Shown: one piece after another, positions 35,172 to 45,600 of the stretch
How the letters are laid out: every line of letters begins with the position of its first letter
Numbering within the stretch: the first letter of the stretch is position 1
Assembly: GCA_963731665.1 (NCBI GenBank)
Contig: CAVSWP010000008.1
Location: forward strand, 807,678 to 871,677
Reading direction: 5' to 3'
From: an uncultured Acidimicrobiales bacterium
GTDB taxonomy: Bacteria > Actinomycetota > Acidimicrobiia > Acidimicrobiales > UBA8190
Length of the DNA: 64,000 nt
The notes under the pieces: model-generated
The model's input: the letters and a program-made list of their open reading frames with translations, nothing else
The model's database searches: none
Told to the model about the DNA's origin: nothing
Position numbers and translations under genes: made by a program

Positions 35172-37271
35172 TCAGCTGTCGTCGTTCACCAGTTCCACGG
35201 CCACCGCGTTCCACGGGGAGCGAGCGCCTCGATCGGCGATGCGGACGACGGTGCCGGCCGGTCCCGTCGCCTGGTTGGTGAACTGCACCCACGACGCCCG
35301 GTGCCCGCCGACGGCGCCGCTCGGCAAGGAGAACCACCCGTAGGGCACATGACGGGTATTCCCGGTGGCACCCTGAACGACCGCATAGACCAGGGAGGCG
35401 CCGCTGGTGGTGGTGAGCTGGAGGCCGAGCGGTCCCGACGCACCCGATGACGCCGAAGCGGCTCCGACGCCGTCGGCCCCCTCGAGGGCGATTACGGTCA
35501 GATGCTGAGAGGCGCTCGGCTGCGACAGCGACGACGAGACGGTCACCGCCGGCGTCTCTTCGGGGACGGCTGCCGTCCAGATCTCGAGGTCGCCGGACGC
35601 GGCGTCGGAGCGCCTTACCAGGTGCCAACGAAGGCTGCCACCGGTGACGGTTGCACGCTGCCCGCGACCTCCGCCAGCGCTCACGAAGGCGACCAGGTCC
35701 TCTTCGCCGAACGCGATCGGGAACCGGGGTGTGGTCACCGTTCCGGCGCCGTGGGCGGCCGTCTCTCTCTGGAGGACGAAGCACGCCATCGGAGGGGCAG
35801 GGTTTTGCACTGTGACCCCTATCGCCTGAGACATTACGACGGTCCCGCCTTCGTTGGTGGCGACTGCGGTGAGGGCGTAGGTGCCGTCGGCCACAGAACG
35901 GGTGTTCCATGACACCGAGTAGGGCGCCGTCGTGACCGGACCACCGAGGACACGCCCGTCCACCTCAAACTGCACTGAACGAATACCGACGTCGTCAAAG
36001 GCGTCGGCCGCCACGGGGACGGAGCCCGACAGGGTCTGGCCCGGTGCCGGGTTGATGATGCTCGCAGTGGGCGCTGAGTTCGGCGCGGCACTCAGTGCGG
36101 TGGGGACCGAGTCGTGGACGGTGACCGATCGCACCGGCGCCGTGATTACGTCGCCGGCAGAGTCGGTGGCCTCTGCACTGAGCAGGTGGTTGCCGGGCAC
36201 GGTGTTGCCCACGGTCCAGTTGTAGGAGAACGGCGCGGTGGTGACGGGGGCACCGAGCGGTTCACCATCGAGGAGGTACTGCACCGATTTGACCGTCCGA
36301 GAACGTGACGGGTGCAGGGCGGCGCTGAGCACGGCTGCTCCCTGCACGATGCCTCCGGGCGCCGGAATCTCGATGGACATGTTCCCGGCCGGGTTGTAGG
36401 GACCGGTCTGAGAGATCACCTGGACCGTGCTGTTGTTGTCGATCACAGGGCTGCCGTCGGTGTTACTGATATAGAGCTCGGTGTCGGTCACGTTGTTGGT
36501 CTTGTTGCTCTCGGTGAAGAGGTTGTCGGGGTCGACCGTGGCCTGCAGGATGTAGTACTGGTTCGTGGGCAGGCCGGTAAGGTCGATGGGCTGGCCCGGA
36601 TCGGTCTGGTCGTACTCGTCCCCCCACCCCACGCTCCATCCCAGGGGCGCCGAGGGTTTGTTGCAGTCGCTCTGGGGGATGAAGTCGTTGTTGGGGGTAT
36701 TGGGAACCCCCCCGACTTGCGTGTCGCCCTGGATGCAATAGTCGGTCTTTGGGCTGGTGGCCACTACTGCTCCCAAGGACCCGTCGGAACTCATGTCGTT
36801 GAGAGTGAAGCTTGTAAGCGGGAAACGGTAGTGGGCTTCCGACGCGATGAAGATCCCCGTCCGTGCCAGGGGAACGCTGTAGTCCTTGCGCCAGCTGGTC
36901 CCACCCCGGCTCTTGAAGATCACCTGGCTGAACGTGGCGATCCCTGTGTGCCTGTTGAACTTGGGCTTGAGCTCGAAAGGCCCCGTTCCCGCGTCCCACG
37001 TGATGTGGGTGAACTGAAGGTCGGGATCACCGGTATTGGGGTCCGGACCGATGCCGATCAAGCCCGTGGGGACAGCGATCTCGAGGTCGGGCAGCGTGAC
37101 GTGGTAGGGCAAGCGGACCGCCGAGGCGCGGGCGCTGGCGATCGTCACGATGCACAACGCGATCAACAGAGTCGCGCCCCCACCCCCCGCCACCCGGCGC
37201 CAACCCCGAGCCACCGGCGTACCGTCCTTCTCGTCCCTAAGCCGAGCGACCCCGCTCTGTCGGCCCGACAC
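35172..37271 (-). CDS. secreted lysyl-oxidase-like domain protein with Ig-like repeats
   Basis: N-terminal TM/signal. PKTDYCIQGDT and GWSVGWGDEYDQTDPGQPIDLTGLPTNQYYILQATVDPDNLFTESNKTNNV parallel LOX HKASFCLEDT and GCYDTY..QWIDITDV.PGNYILKVSVNP...ESDYTNNV. Two Ig-like repeats follow (VKSVQYLLDGEPLG and IRSVQFEVDGRVLG). Confidence 0.5.
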   Translation of the reverse strand: MSGRQSGVARLRDEKDGTPVARGWRRVAGGGGATLLIALCIVTIASARASAVRLPYHVTLPDLEIAVPTGLIGIGPDPNTGDPDLQFTHITWDAGTGPFELKPKFNRHTGIATFSQVIFKSRGGTSWRKDYSVPLARTGIFIASEAHYRFPLTSFTLNDMSSDGSLGAVVATSPKTDYCIQGDTQVGGVPNTPNNDFIPQSDCNKPSAPLGWSVGWGDEYDQTDPGQPIDLTGLPTNQYYILQATVDPDNLFTESNKTNNVTDTELYISNTDGSPVIDNNSTVQVISQTGPYNPAGNMSIEIPAPGGIVQGAAVLSAALHPSRSRTVKSVQYLLDGEPLGAPVTTAPFSYNWTVGNTVPGNHLLSAEATDSAGDVITAPVRSVTVHDSVPTALSAAPNSAPTASIINPAPGQTLSGSVPVAADAFDDVGIRSVQFEVDGRVLGGPVTTAPYSVSWNTRSVADGTYALTAVATNEGGTVVMSQAIGVTVQNPAPPMACFVLQRETAAHGAGTVTTPRFPIAFGEEDLVAFVSAGGGRGQRATVTGGSLRWHLVRRSDAASGDLEIWTAAVPEETPAVTVSSSLSQPSASQHLTVIALEGADGVGAASASSGASGPLGLQLTTTSGASLVYAVVQGATGNTRHVPYGWFSLPSGAVGGHRASWVQFTNQATGPAGTVVRIADRGARSPWNAVAVELVNDDS

Positions 37272-37485
37272 CCTGAGCGGCCACCTTACTGTTGCTCGAC
37301 CCTAGGGGCTCAGAAGACTCCATCGAGCCGGTTGACCTCGGCTTCCTTCCCTTGTTCGGCCGGAGCGCACACCGCTCGATGATGGCAGCCCGCGTGGCAT
37401 CGGCCCCGCAGCCCGGTGTTCGGGACACCGCCACCAACGCGGCGCGATCCACTCCCCCAAAAGGAGAAACTGGGGGTCGCCTCGT

Positions 37486-38994
37486 TTAGGAAATAGTGAT
37501 CGACAGCACTTTCGTGGCAGTGTTCTGCGTTGACGGATGACCCCTCGTCCTCTTCGTTTTGTGGTCGACGACCTTCACAGTGAAGGGGTATGTCCCACTG
37601 TCCCTCCTGTTGGGCATGCCAGAGACCACCCCAGTCGTCTTGTTCAGACGGAGATCCTTGGGGAGGCTGCCGGAGAACAGAGACCACTTGTACGGGGGAT
37701 TTCCGCCGCTGGCCGAAAGGGGAGTCGAGTAAGCGACCTTTGCCTCTCCAGCTGGCAACGACTCAGTTGAGATCCGCAACGTTGTCCCAGCGTCCAGGGA
37801 AGCCAGATGCAGGTACAGGGTCAGACCGTCTGGGGACACAGCTGTGCCGGCATAGTCGGAGATCAGGGCATAGTTGTCAGCGCCGTCACTCAGCGCGCTA
37901 CAGGTGGTGGACGTATCGCCTAGCACCCACCATCCCCAGGCAAGGTAGCTGACGCCATCTGTGTCAGCCCAGTTCATGAAGCTCTCATCGAACGTTGTCA
38001 GGCTCGACGGTCCAGACGGGGGATCGGCGCAGTCATAGCCCTGGTCGAACTCACCCGTCACCACCGGTACCTGTTTCGCTACGCTCGCGATCGAGGTGTT
38101 CCAGCACGATACGGTGTCGCAGGACTCGCCGTAGTAGTTGTGGAACGATGCAGCCAACTGATTGTCGGGGTCCGTCGGCTCATTGGTCAGCCAGCCACTC
38201 AGATCATTGGCGTAGCTCAAACCACCGAGCAGGATCGGCTGGCTCGCACCGGTCGCCCGGATTGCCGTTACCAGCGCCTGCATACCGACGGCTGCATACG
38301 TGTCGTTGTCGTCGATGGTGCCATTTTGGTTGGCCACGGGCACCGAACACCCACCGTCAAGCCAACATGACCAGTTCACAGAGAGCGATGAGTTTCCGTT
38401 GGCCGCCGGTGAATAGGGCTCGTTGAAGACGTCGAACACGACCGCCGGATTGTCCTTGAAGTCACTGGCCACCGACGTCCAAAACGCAGCCGAGTGATCG
38501 TCGGGCATCGGGCGCTGGCCGTCAGCATTTAGGGTGCCGGGTGCCGACCAATGCAGATCGAGGATCACATACAACCCTGCCGCGTTGAGATCCGAAACCC
38601 ACGATTCGATGGCCTGCTGGTACCCGGCCTGCGTACCGTATGACGGCTGGCCGTTCAGGCCCAGCCAGCAGTCCTCATTCAGAGGAACTCTCACCGCATT
38701 GGCGTGCCATGAGGCAATCGCCAGAGCGGTGGCGGTCGTCAACGGTTGTGAAGAGTATCCCCAACCCTCGTCGCACGCGTACTCAGTGCTCGGCACATCG
38801 ACGCCAAGAAGGCGGATCGTCTGGCCGTCGCCGTTGACGAAATGGTTGCCTGAGACTGCAATTGACAGGGCCGGACCGGCCTGGGCCGAACCGGTGACTG
38901 CGCCGGCCAAGACACAAGCCGCGACTACCGTGCCAACGGCGAATGTCAACGTCCATGCTGACCTTTGACGGCGCCGTCCCGGGCCCCTCTTCAC
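37486..38994 (-). CDS. secreted glycoside hydrolase family 5 (cellulase-like) with a C-terminal cadherin-like Ig domain
   Basis: Signal peptide. YVILDLHW, FDVFNEP (acid/base Glu) and VVTGEFD (nucleophile Glu). C-terminal ...SASGGNPPYKWSL..GSLP.GL.LN..TGVVSG repeat. Confidence 0.8.
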   Translation of the reverse strand: MKRGPGRRRQRSAWTLTFAVGTVVAACVLAGAVTGSAQAGPALSIAVSGNHFVNGDGQTIRLLGVDVPSTEYACDEGWGYSSQPLTTATALAIASWHANAVRVPLNEDCWLGLNGQPSYGTQAGYQQAIESWVSDLNAAGLYVILDLHWSAPGTLNADGQRPMPDDHSAAFWTSVASDFKDNPAVVFDVFNEPYSPAANGNSSLSVNWSCWLDGGCSVPVANQNGTIDDNDTYAAVGMQALVTAIRATGASQPILLGGLSYANDLSGWLTNEPTDPDNQLAASFHNYYGESCDTVSCWNTSIASVAKQVPVVTGEFDQGYDCADPPSGPSSLTTFDESFMNWADTDGVSYLAWGWWVLGDTSTTCSALSDGADNYALISDYAGTAVSPDGLTLYLHLASLDAGTTLRISTESLPAGEAKVAYSTPLSASGGNPPYKWSLFSGSLPKDLRLNKTTGVVSGMPNRRDSGTYPFTVKVVDHKTKRTRGHPSTQNTATKVLSITIS

Positions 38995-39133
38995 ACCGTG
39001 GATGTCTAGACCAGTGGTGTCAACGAGTCAACGTGGCAGAACCCGTTGACAGGGAACGATTCGTCTCACGTGACCTGCGAGTTCGGGGCGGGGACTACTA
39101 AAGCAGGAAGGGTGATGAGCCGATATCGCATGG

Positions 39134-39400
39134 ATGGGAAGCTACCTCAGTATCGAGGAGCGGGAGCGACTGCTAGCTGCTCAGATTGCCGAGCACGGCA
39201 AGGCCTATAACAGCGGGGCGCTCCTAAGGTTCGGCGAGTCGTTCGATCGACACGACGAGGCCGTCGAGCTGTTTCAGGCTCTCGCCGAACTCGCGTGGGC
39301 TGACAGCGTCATCGGCGGTCACGAGGATGCACGCGATGCGTTTGAGAAAGTGGCACAGCTGCTGAACGAGCTGTGTAACAACGTCAAGATGGATTTCTAG
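39134..39400 (+). CDS. hypothetical protein
   Basis: 88-aa helical ORF. No motif recognised. Confidence 0.35.
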   Translation: MGSYLSIEERERLLAAQIAEHGKAYNSGALLRFGESFDRHDEAVELFQALAELAWADSVIGGHEDARDAFEKVAQLLNELCNNVKMDF

Positions 39401-39512
39401 CTCACGAGTGCTCACGCCCCAGACGAGAAATCTGTGGCGCCTCCCGGTGCTCCATCTCAACAGTACGGTCGTCGGTCGGGAGATTGATCCATCGGGGATT
39501 CCCGGAGGTGGG

Positions 39513-40160
39513 TTACTGCATCGAAGGGCGCGTGGGTGGCCCGGGATGTAATGCTGAGGCTCCGTCCGGACCGGGCACTTCGACCACAGGGTCCTCTCGA
39601 TCGTCGAATTCTGTCCGTAGGGCCCGTGACATTACGGCGTGCTGGAAGTACAAGGAAGTGATGTAGGTCAACTCGAGGATCTCTTCGTCGCTCAGCCGGT
39701 CCTGGAGCGCGCCGAACAGAGCGTCGGGGACACGGCCGTGGTCATAGACGAGACAGTCGGTGTAGGCAAGGACAAGGCGTTCCGTCTCGTCGTAACAGGA
39801 TGCCACCGACCAATGAGGGATCGACTGGATCTTCTCCTCGGCCACACCGAGATCCCGCAAGGACTTGCAGTGTTGGGAGTACACGAACTGGCTCCCTGCT
39901 GCCCATCCTGCGCGGATCTGGCCCAACTCTCGCAGGACCGGGTCTAGTCGCCGCTTCGGGCTCTGGTACAGCGCAAAGCCCGCAACGGCATGCTCGAGGA
40001 CATCGGGGACGAGCGCAAACACGGTCCACCAATCACCGGGCGAGGCTGTCCAGGTGCCCGGCTCGTCAACAGGGTCCCGACCTTCGAAGAGGAAGTCGTA
40101 CATCGTCGTGACGATGGGCGCTTTTGCCTCTGACCTGCGCACCTGACGGAGTCGGGGCAC
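39513..40160 (-). CDS. carboxymuconolactone decarboxylase (AhpD-like) family protein
   Basis: 215-aa ORF. The pattern ...VYSQHCKSLRDLGVAEEKI...LELTYITSLY is typical of the CMD fold. Confidence 0.55.
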   Translation of the reverse strand: MPRLRQVRRSEAKAPIVTTMYDFLFEGRDPVDEPGTWTASPGDWWTVFALVPDVLEHAVAGFALYQSPKRRLDPVLRELGQIRAGWAAGSQFVYSQHCKSLRDLGVAEEKIQSIPHWSVASCYDETERLVLAYTDCLVYDHGRVPDALFGALQDRLSDEEILELTYITSLYFQHAVMSRALRTEFDDREDPVVEVPGPDGASALHPGPPTRPSMQ

Positions 40161-40166
40161 CGTCGC

Positions 40167-40718
40167 TCAGGCGTCGATCCGGACAACCGGTTCAGGGTCG
40201 TGCAACAAATCACCTTCATCGAGAACCCGGGTCCAACAGGCGAACTCGAGAAGGATCCCGTCAGGGTCCTGGAAGTAGACGGATCGTACAAACACTCCCG
40301 GATGCATGGTGTCGCTGATGCCGAACTCACTGTCGTCGTGATTGGCAACCTCGGTACAGTCGACCCCGGCAGCTAACAGGCGGGCCCGGTACTCGTCGAT
40401 GCGTTCCGGTGCGACAGTGAATGCCACGTGGTTCATCGAACCTATGGCACTGGTGAGATCCCCTTTGTCGGGGCGGGCAGCCGGTGCCGATATTCCAGGA
40501 ACCCCGTCGGGAGCCCCGGGGAACCAGAAGAACGCGAGGCAGTCGCCTCCCCCACAATCGAAGAAGAAATGCTGGCCCATGCCCTCTGGCAGCTGGATCG
40601 TCTTGACCAGCCGCATCCCCAGCACGTTCGAATAGAAGTCGACCGTGCGCCCCATGTCGCGGCAAACGAGGGCCAAGTGGTGGACGCCCCGGAACTCAAA
40701 TGGCTTGCGATCCTCCAT
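40167..40718 (-). CDS. VOC (glyoxalase/bleomycin resistance/dioxygenase) family protein
   Basis: FRGVHHLALVCRDMGRTVDFYSNVLGMRLV and NHVAFTV motifs. The start was trimmed to the internal ATG (MEDRKPF). Confidence 0.75.
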   Translation of the reverse strand: MEDRKPFEFRGVHHLALVCRDMGRTVDFYSNVLGMRLVKTIQLPEGMGQHFFFDCGGGDCLAFFWFPGAPDGVPGISAPAARPDKGDLTSAIGSMNHVAFTVAPERIDEYRARLLAAGVDCTEVANHDDSEFGISDTMHPGVFVRSVYFQDPDGILLEFACWTRVLDEGDLLHDPEPVVRIDA

Positions 40719-41085
40719 GCAACACCCCACTGTGAGACGGTGATACCAGTCTAGATGTTGGAAGGAAGATCGTCCTGATAGATACGGCGTGCCGGATGGC
40801 CTCTGCCACCCTTCCCCAGGGTTGATCAATGGCACCCACGATCACGGCGGCCGAAGTGGCCCAGATGCTCAGGCGGGCTCGCGCTCTGCAATGAAGCCGA
40901 AGCCCAAACGTGCGGCCAGAAGCCCACGCAGAATGAACATCGGCACTGCCAGGCCAAGCCTCACGAACCTCATCAACCCTGTCGGAGAGAAGTGTCGAGC
41001 GGTCTGGAGCTAACCCGGCTCCCAGATTTGGCGCGATACTCTTCGTCGACTGGACTAACGCCATTGCGCCTGCGGGGGTAAGCGA

Positions 41086-42288
41086 GTGTCGAACACGAAG
41101 CCGGTGGAGGACTGGACGACCGACTTCGAAGTCCTCGACGAGCAGTACGTCCAGCACCCGTTCGAGATCTGGGACGAACTGCGTACCACGTGCCCAATCG
41201 CGGTTAGCGACCGGCGCGGCCGCACGTGGCTTCCCACGACCTACGAGGACGTCACTGCCCTCGCGCACAACACCTCCACGTTTAGCTCGCTCGACGTGAG
41301 CGTGATCGCCGTCGTCCCAGAGCAAGGGGACGAGGACAAGCTCCCCTATGGCATGCCGCCCATATCGGCCGATCCGCCGCTGCACTCGTGGACAAGGCGA
41401 CTCCTGTTGCCCTGGTTCTCTCACAACAAGGTCGACTCCTACGAAGAGATGACGCGTGCGCTATGCGGCTCGCTGATCGACGCTGTGATCGAAGACGGGC
41501 GCACCGATGCGGCCCGTGGCTATGCCCAACAAATCCCTGTCCGGGTGATCGCGACCATCCTGGGCGTCCCCGAGGAGATGTCAGACACGTTCACGGGTTG
41601 GGTTCGCGACTCCCTCGAGTTCGCCGACGATCCTGAGCGTCGCAAGCGCGGGAATTATGGCATCGGCTACTACCTATGGGATCAGATGCAGGTGCGTCGC
41701 GAAAAGCCCGGAGATGACCTGTTGAGCTACCTTTTGCACGCTGAGGTCGACGGCGCGTCGATCGAACCCACGATTGTCCTCGGCATGGCGATGTTGACGT
41801 TGATAGCCGGCATCGACACGACATGGAGCGCGATCGGCTCGGCCCTCTGGCACCTCGCTGGCCACGATGACGACCGGAAACGGCTCGTCGCGGAGCCCGA
41901 ACTCATGTCCACGGCCGTCGAGGAATTCCTCCGGGCGTATTCGCCGGTGACGATGGCACGCGTCGTGACCGAGGACGTGACGTTCCATGGTTGTCCGATG
42001 CGCGCGGGTGACAAGGTGTTGATGAACTTCCCCGCAGCCAACCGAGACCCACAGGCGTTCGACCGTGCCGACCAGGTCGTACTCGACCGTGCCACCAACC
42101 GCCATGTGGCGTTCGGGTTGGGTATTCACCGGTGCGCGGGATCCAACCTTGCGCGCATGGAATTGCGGGTCGCCCTCGAGGAGTGGCTCACGCGCATCCC
42201 GTCGTTCCACCTCGAGGAGGGGCGGCCGGTGTTGTGGGCCGGCGGGCAGGTGCGTGGACCGCGCGAGCTCCCCGTGGTGTTGCGATGA
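41086..42288 (+). CDS. cytochrome P450
   Basis: EEFLRAYSP (EXXR) and FGLGIHRCAGSNLAR heme loop. Confidence 0.9.
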   Translation: MSNTKPVEDWTTDFEVLDEQYVQHPFEIWDELRTTCPIAVSDRRGRTWLPTTYEDVTALAHNTSTFSSLDVSVIAVVPEQGDEDKLPYGMPPISADPPLHSWTRRLLLPWFSHNKVDSYEEMTRALCGSLIDAVIEDGRTDAARGYAQQIPVRVIATILGVPEEMSDTFTGWVRDSLEFADDPERRKRGNYGIGYYLWDQMQVRREKPGDDLLSYLLHAEVDGASIEPTIVLGMAMLTLIAGIDTTWSAIGSALWHLAGHDDDRKRLVAEPELMSTAVEEFLRAYSPVTMARVVTEDVTFHGCPMRAGDKVLMNFPAANRDPQAFDRADQVVLDRATNRHVAFGLGIHRCAGSNLARMELRVALEEWLTRIPSFHLEEGRPVLWAGGQVRGPRELPVVLR

Positions 42289-42638
42289 GCCTCGAGATCG
42301 ACGCCCTCGAGGTCGAGGTCCGCACGGCAAGGTAGTCGCCCCGACCCTCGGGGTGCGGGGTCACCCGCTCCGAACGATAACGCCGTGACGATCAAGATGA
42401 CGATTCGCGACCGTTGGTGATGATCGGCCTATGCCTCTTTGCAAGCGACACTGGAATGGCGGCATATGTGCGCGCAGTTGCTTGCGACCTCAATGGGTCG
42501 GGCTCTGACGCGGGGCGAGGTGGACCAGGCCGACGCCGTCGGTATTGATCCAGTCGGTCTTTCGGCGCCCTACCCCTTCCCTTCATCAATTCTGATGGGG
42601 TCCCGCAAGTCCTGTGTCTGTAGCGTGATCGGAGCGCG

Positions 42639-45600
42639 ATGTCTAGCGCATCCGAAGGGGGCCCGATGGGCTGGCGTTTTCCGGGAAACCGTCATTGGGG
42701 TCCGTCGGGTACCGCGACCCGCGTTGGGATTGCGAGCCTCATAGTCGGCGTCGGCTGTCTTGCGGGCGCATTGAGTGTGGTCATGGGGGCGGCCGCGAAC
42801 GCGCTGCCGGCTGACTGGGCCACGCAACAACAATTCCCGATAGCCCAGGACACCTATAGCGCCATCGCGTGCAACGATGCTTCAAGCTGCTTCGCCGTGG
42901 GTGCCCAGGTCACATCCAATGCAGGCGTGGTCGTTTCCACAACCGACGGCGGCTCGCATTGGACGCCCCAAACCCTGCCCAGCGGGGCCGGATCGCTCGC
43001 GGGAGTGACGTGCACGTCGAGCGCAGACTGTTGGGCCGTGGGGAGCGATCCCACCTTCACCAATGGAGTGGTCTTGTCCACCGATGACGGTGGGGCCACT
43101 TGGAGCACCCAGAGCTTGCCAAGCGGCATAGGGCCTCTTTCTTCAATCACCTGCACGTCAGGGTCACATTGTTGGGCCGTCGGCGCCGACTTCCTTGAAG
43201 GCGTGGGGGGAACCGGCACGGGCACGGGCACGGGAACCGGCACGGGCACGGAAACCGGGACGGGAACCGGAACGGGGACGGGGACGGGCACGGGTATCGG
43301 CTCTGGCACCGGCAACACCGGCCCAGGCGCCACCGTCCCCGACAGCGGCATCGCCGTGGCGACGACTGACGGTGGGGCCACATGGAGCAGCCAAGTCCTG
43401 CCCAGTGACGCCGGGCCGCTCTCGGGGGTGGCGTGTGTCTCGAGTTCGGATTGCTGGGCGGTTGGTAGTGATCCCACCAACACCACCGGCTTGGCGTTGT
43501 CCACGACAGACGGCGGAAGTACCTGGGACGCTCAAAGCCTGCCCGCCAACGTGGGTCCGCTGGCGGCGGTGTCATGCGGGTCAGGTTCCGATTGCCAAGC
43601 GGCGGGCACCTCCCCCATTGCCGGAAACGGGGCGCTCGTCGGTATGGTCGTCGCCACCACCGACGGAGGGTCGACCTGGAGGACCGGGACCCTGCCCAAC
43701 GGCACCGGGCCGCTGGGGGCGGTGGCGTGTACCGCCGGCACCGAGTGCTGGGCTGCAGGCAGCGGCTTCACCGGCGGTGACGGCGTGGTCGTCTCCACCA
43801 GTGACGGGTCGACTTGGAGCGCCCAGACTCTTCCTTCGAGCACGGGCCCACTCGCCGGATTGGCCTGTCCTTCGAACTCAGCCTGCTTCGCCGTGGGCAG
43901 CGGTCCGTACGGCGGCTTCACGGTCACCGGCACCGCCGTGCGAGCGGCTCTCAAGGATCGTGTCGTCAGAGCATCGGTAGCCAAGGCCTCTGTGTCGCTC
44001 GACCTGGGCTCGGGCGATGCTCTCTTATACGGCTCGGGGAACCCGGGCGTGATCGTGGCCACCACGGACGGCGGCAATACCTGGAGCACTCAGCCCGTGT
44101 CGTTGAGCGGGCTGACCAGCCTCTCCTCGATGTCGTGCCCGCAAGCACTGGACTGTTGGGCGCTCGCCTCAGATCCGAGCGGGACCCCCGTCGTGCTGGC
44201 GACCACTGACGGGTGGCACACATGGAGCACTCAGAGCGTTCCCACCCGTGTGGATGAGCTCAGCGGCATCACGTGTGCGAGCTCATCGGACTGCTGGGCG
44301 GTCGGCGGGAACATCGCATATACACCCACGAGCATCACCGCCAGCGGCGTCGTGTTGGCTACCACCGATGGTGGTACGACCTGGAATGCCGAGACGGTTC
44401 CCGAAGGGACCGGACTGCTGAGCGGTGTGGCATGTGCCTCCGCCTCCGACTGCTGGGCGGTTGGTTACGACGTGCTGACTGAGGTGGGGATCGTCCTTGG
44501 CACCACGGATGGCGGTGCGACCTGGACCGCCCAAACCCTTCCCAACGGCACCGGTGCACTGTCTTCGGCGGCGTGCGCGTCCAGCTCCGACTGTTGGGTT
44601 GTGGGTAGCCAGCCCCAGGGGGAAGGCGCCGCCGTGGCCGCCACCACCGATGGCGGTGCTACCTGGAGCCTCCAGCAGGTTCCCGTCGGCTCGGGGCCGC
44701 TGCTGTCCATAGCGTGTCCCTCTACGTCGACCTGCTTTGCGTCGGGCAGCGCGGTGTACGGGGGTGAAGTCCTCGCCACCACCGATGGCGGAGCCACTTG
44801 GGCGACACAGAACCTCCCCTCGTCAATCCAAGACCTGACGAGCATCTCGTGCCCCAGCCCGGATGACTGCTGGGCAGGTGGGGGGGCGACCCCCATCGGA
44901 ATCGGCGTCGTTGGTCCCCTGGGACCTTCGAGCGGCGGCGACACCATCGTGGCTACCACCGATGGAGGGAGCCTGTGGAGCGTCCAGGGTGTGCCCAGTG
45001 ACGTCCTCGGTGTGGCGTCCGTCTCGTGTTCGTCAACTACGGACTGCTGGGCCTCGGGGATGACCGAAAGCGACTATGCGATCCTGTCGGAGGTCGGTGT
45101 CACGGTCACTCCGACCACGACACTGCCGCCACCGGTCACTGTCCCCAACGGCAACGCCACGCCCTACGAGCTGTACTGCCCGGGGTCACCGGTGGGAGAC
45201 ATCGTCCTCAACAACGTCACCACGACGGCCGCACTATCACCCCCGAATCCCTCCGCTGGCGAGCAATTTCACGTGGTCAACTACCAAACCCAGCTTATGA
45301 TCCCGTCCTCGATCGCATCGGCGGCGCAGGCCCTGGGCAACACCGAAATTACGGGGACGGCTTCAGCGGCGGTGGATGCCGCCGGGGCAACGCCCTCATC
45401 GATCGCCACGGGCAAGCTCAGCTTTAACCTTCCCCTCCCCCGACCGGTGCCCGCGTCAGGCGTGACCCTGATCGTGCCGTCGACTCCGGGGACCATCGGC
45501 CCATTCGTGTCTTCGGGGGGTCAAATCACCATCTCCGAAGACAGTCACGCAACACTGAGCTTGGTGGTCTCGGGAAGCAGCCTTGGGCTTACCTGTACCA

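Noticed and set aside
36312-37382. 356-aa plus-strand ORF.
   Set aside because: It is antisense to the 699-aa secreted LOX-like gene and has Gly/Val/Arg/Asp-rich off-frame composition.
43164-43330. A regular short-period repeat that could be mistaken for a CRISPR array or non-coding satellite.
   Set aside because: The period is 6 bp with no spacers, and it lies in frame within a long, well-supported ORF, encoding (Gly-Thr)n.
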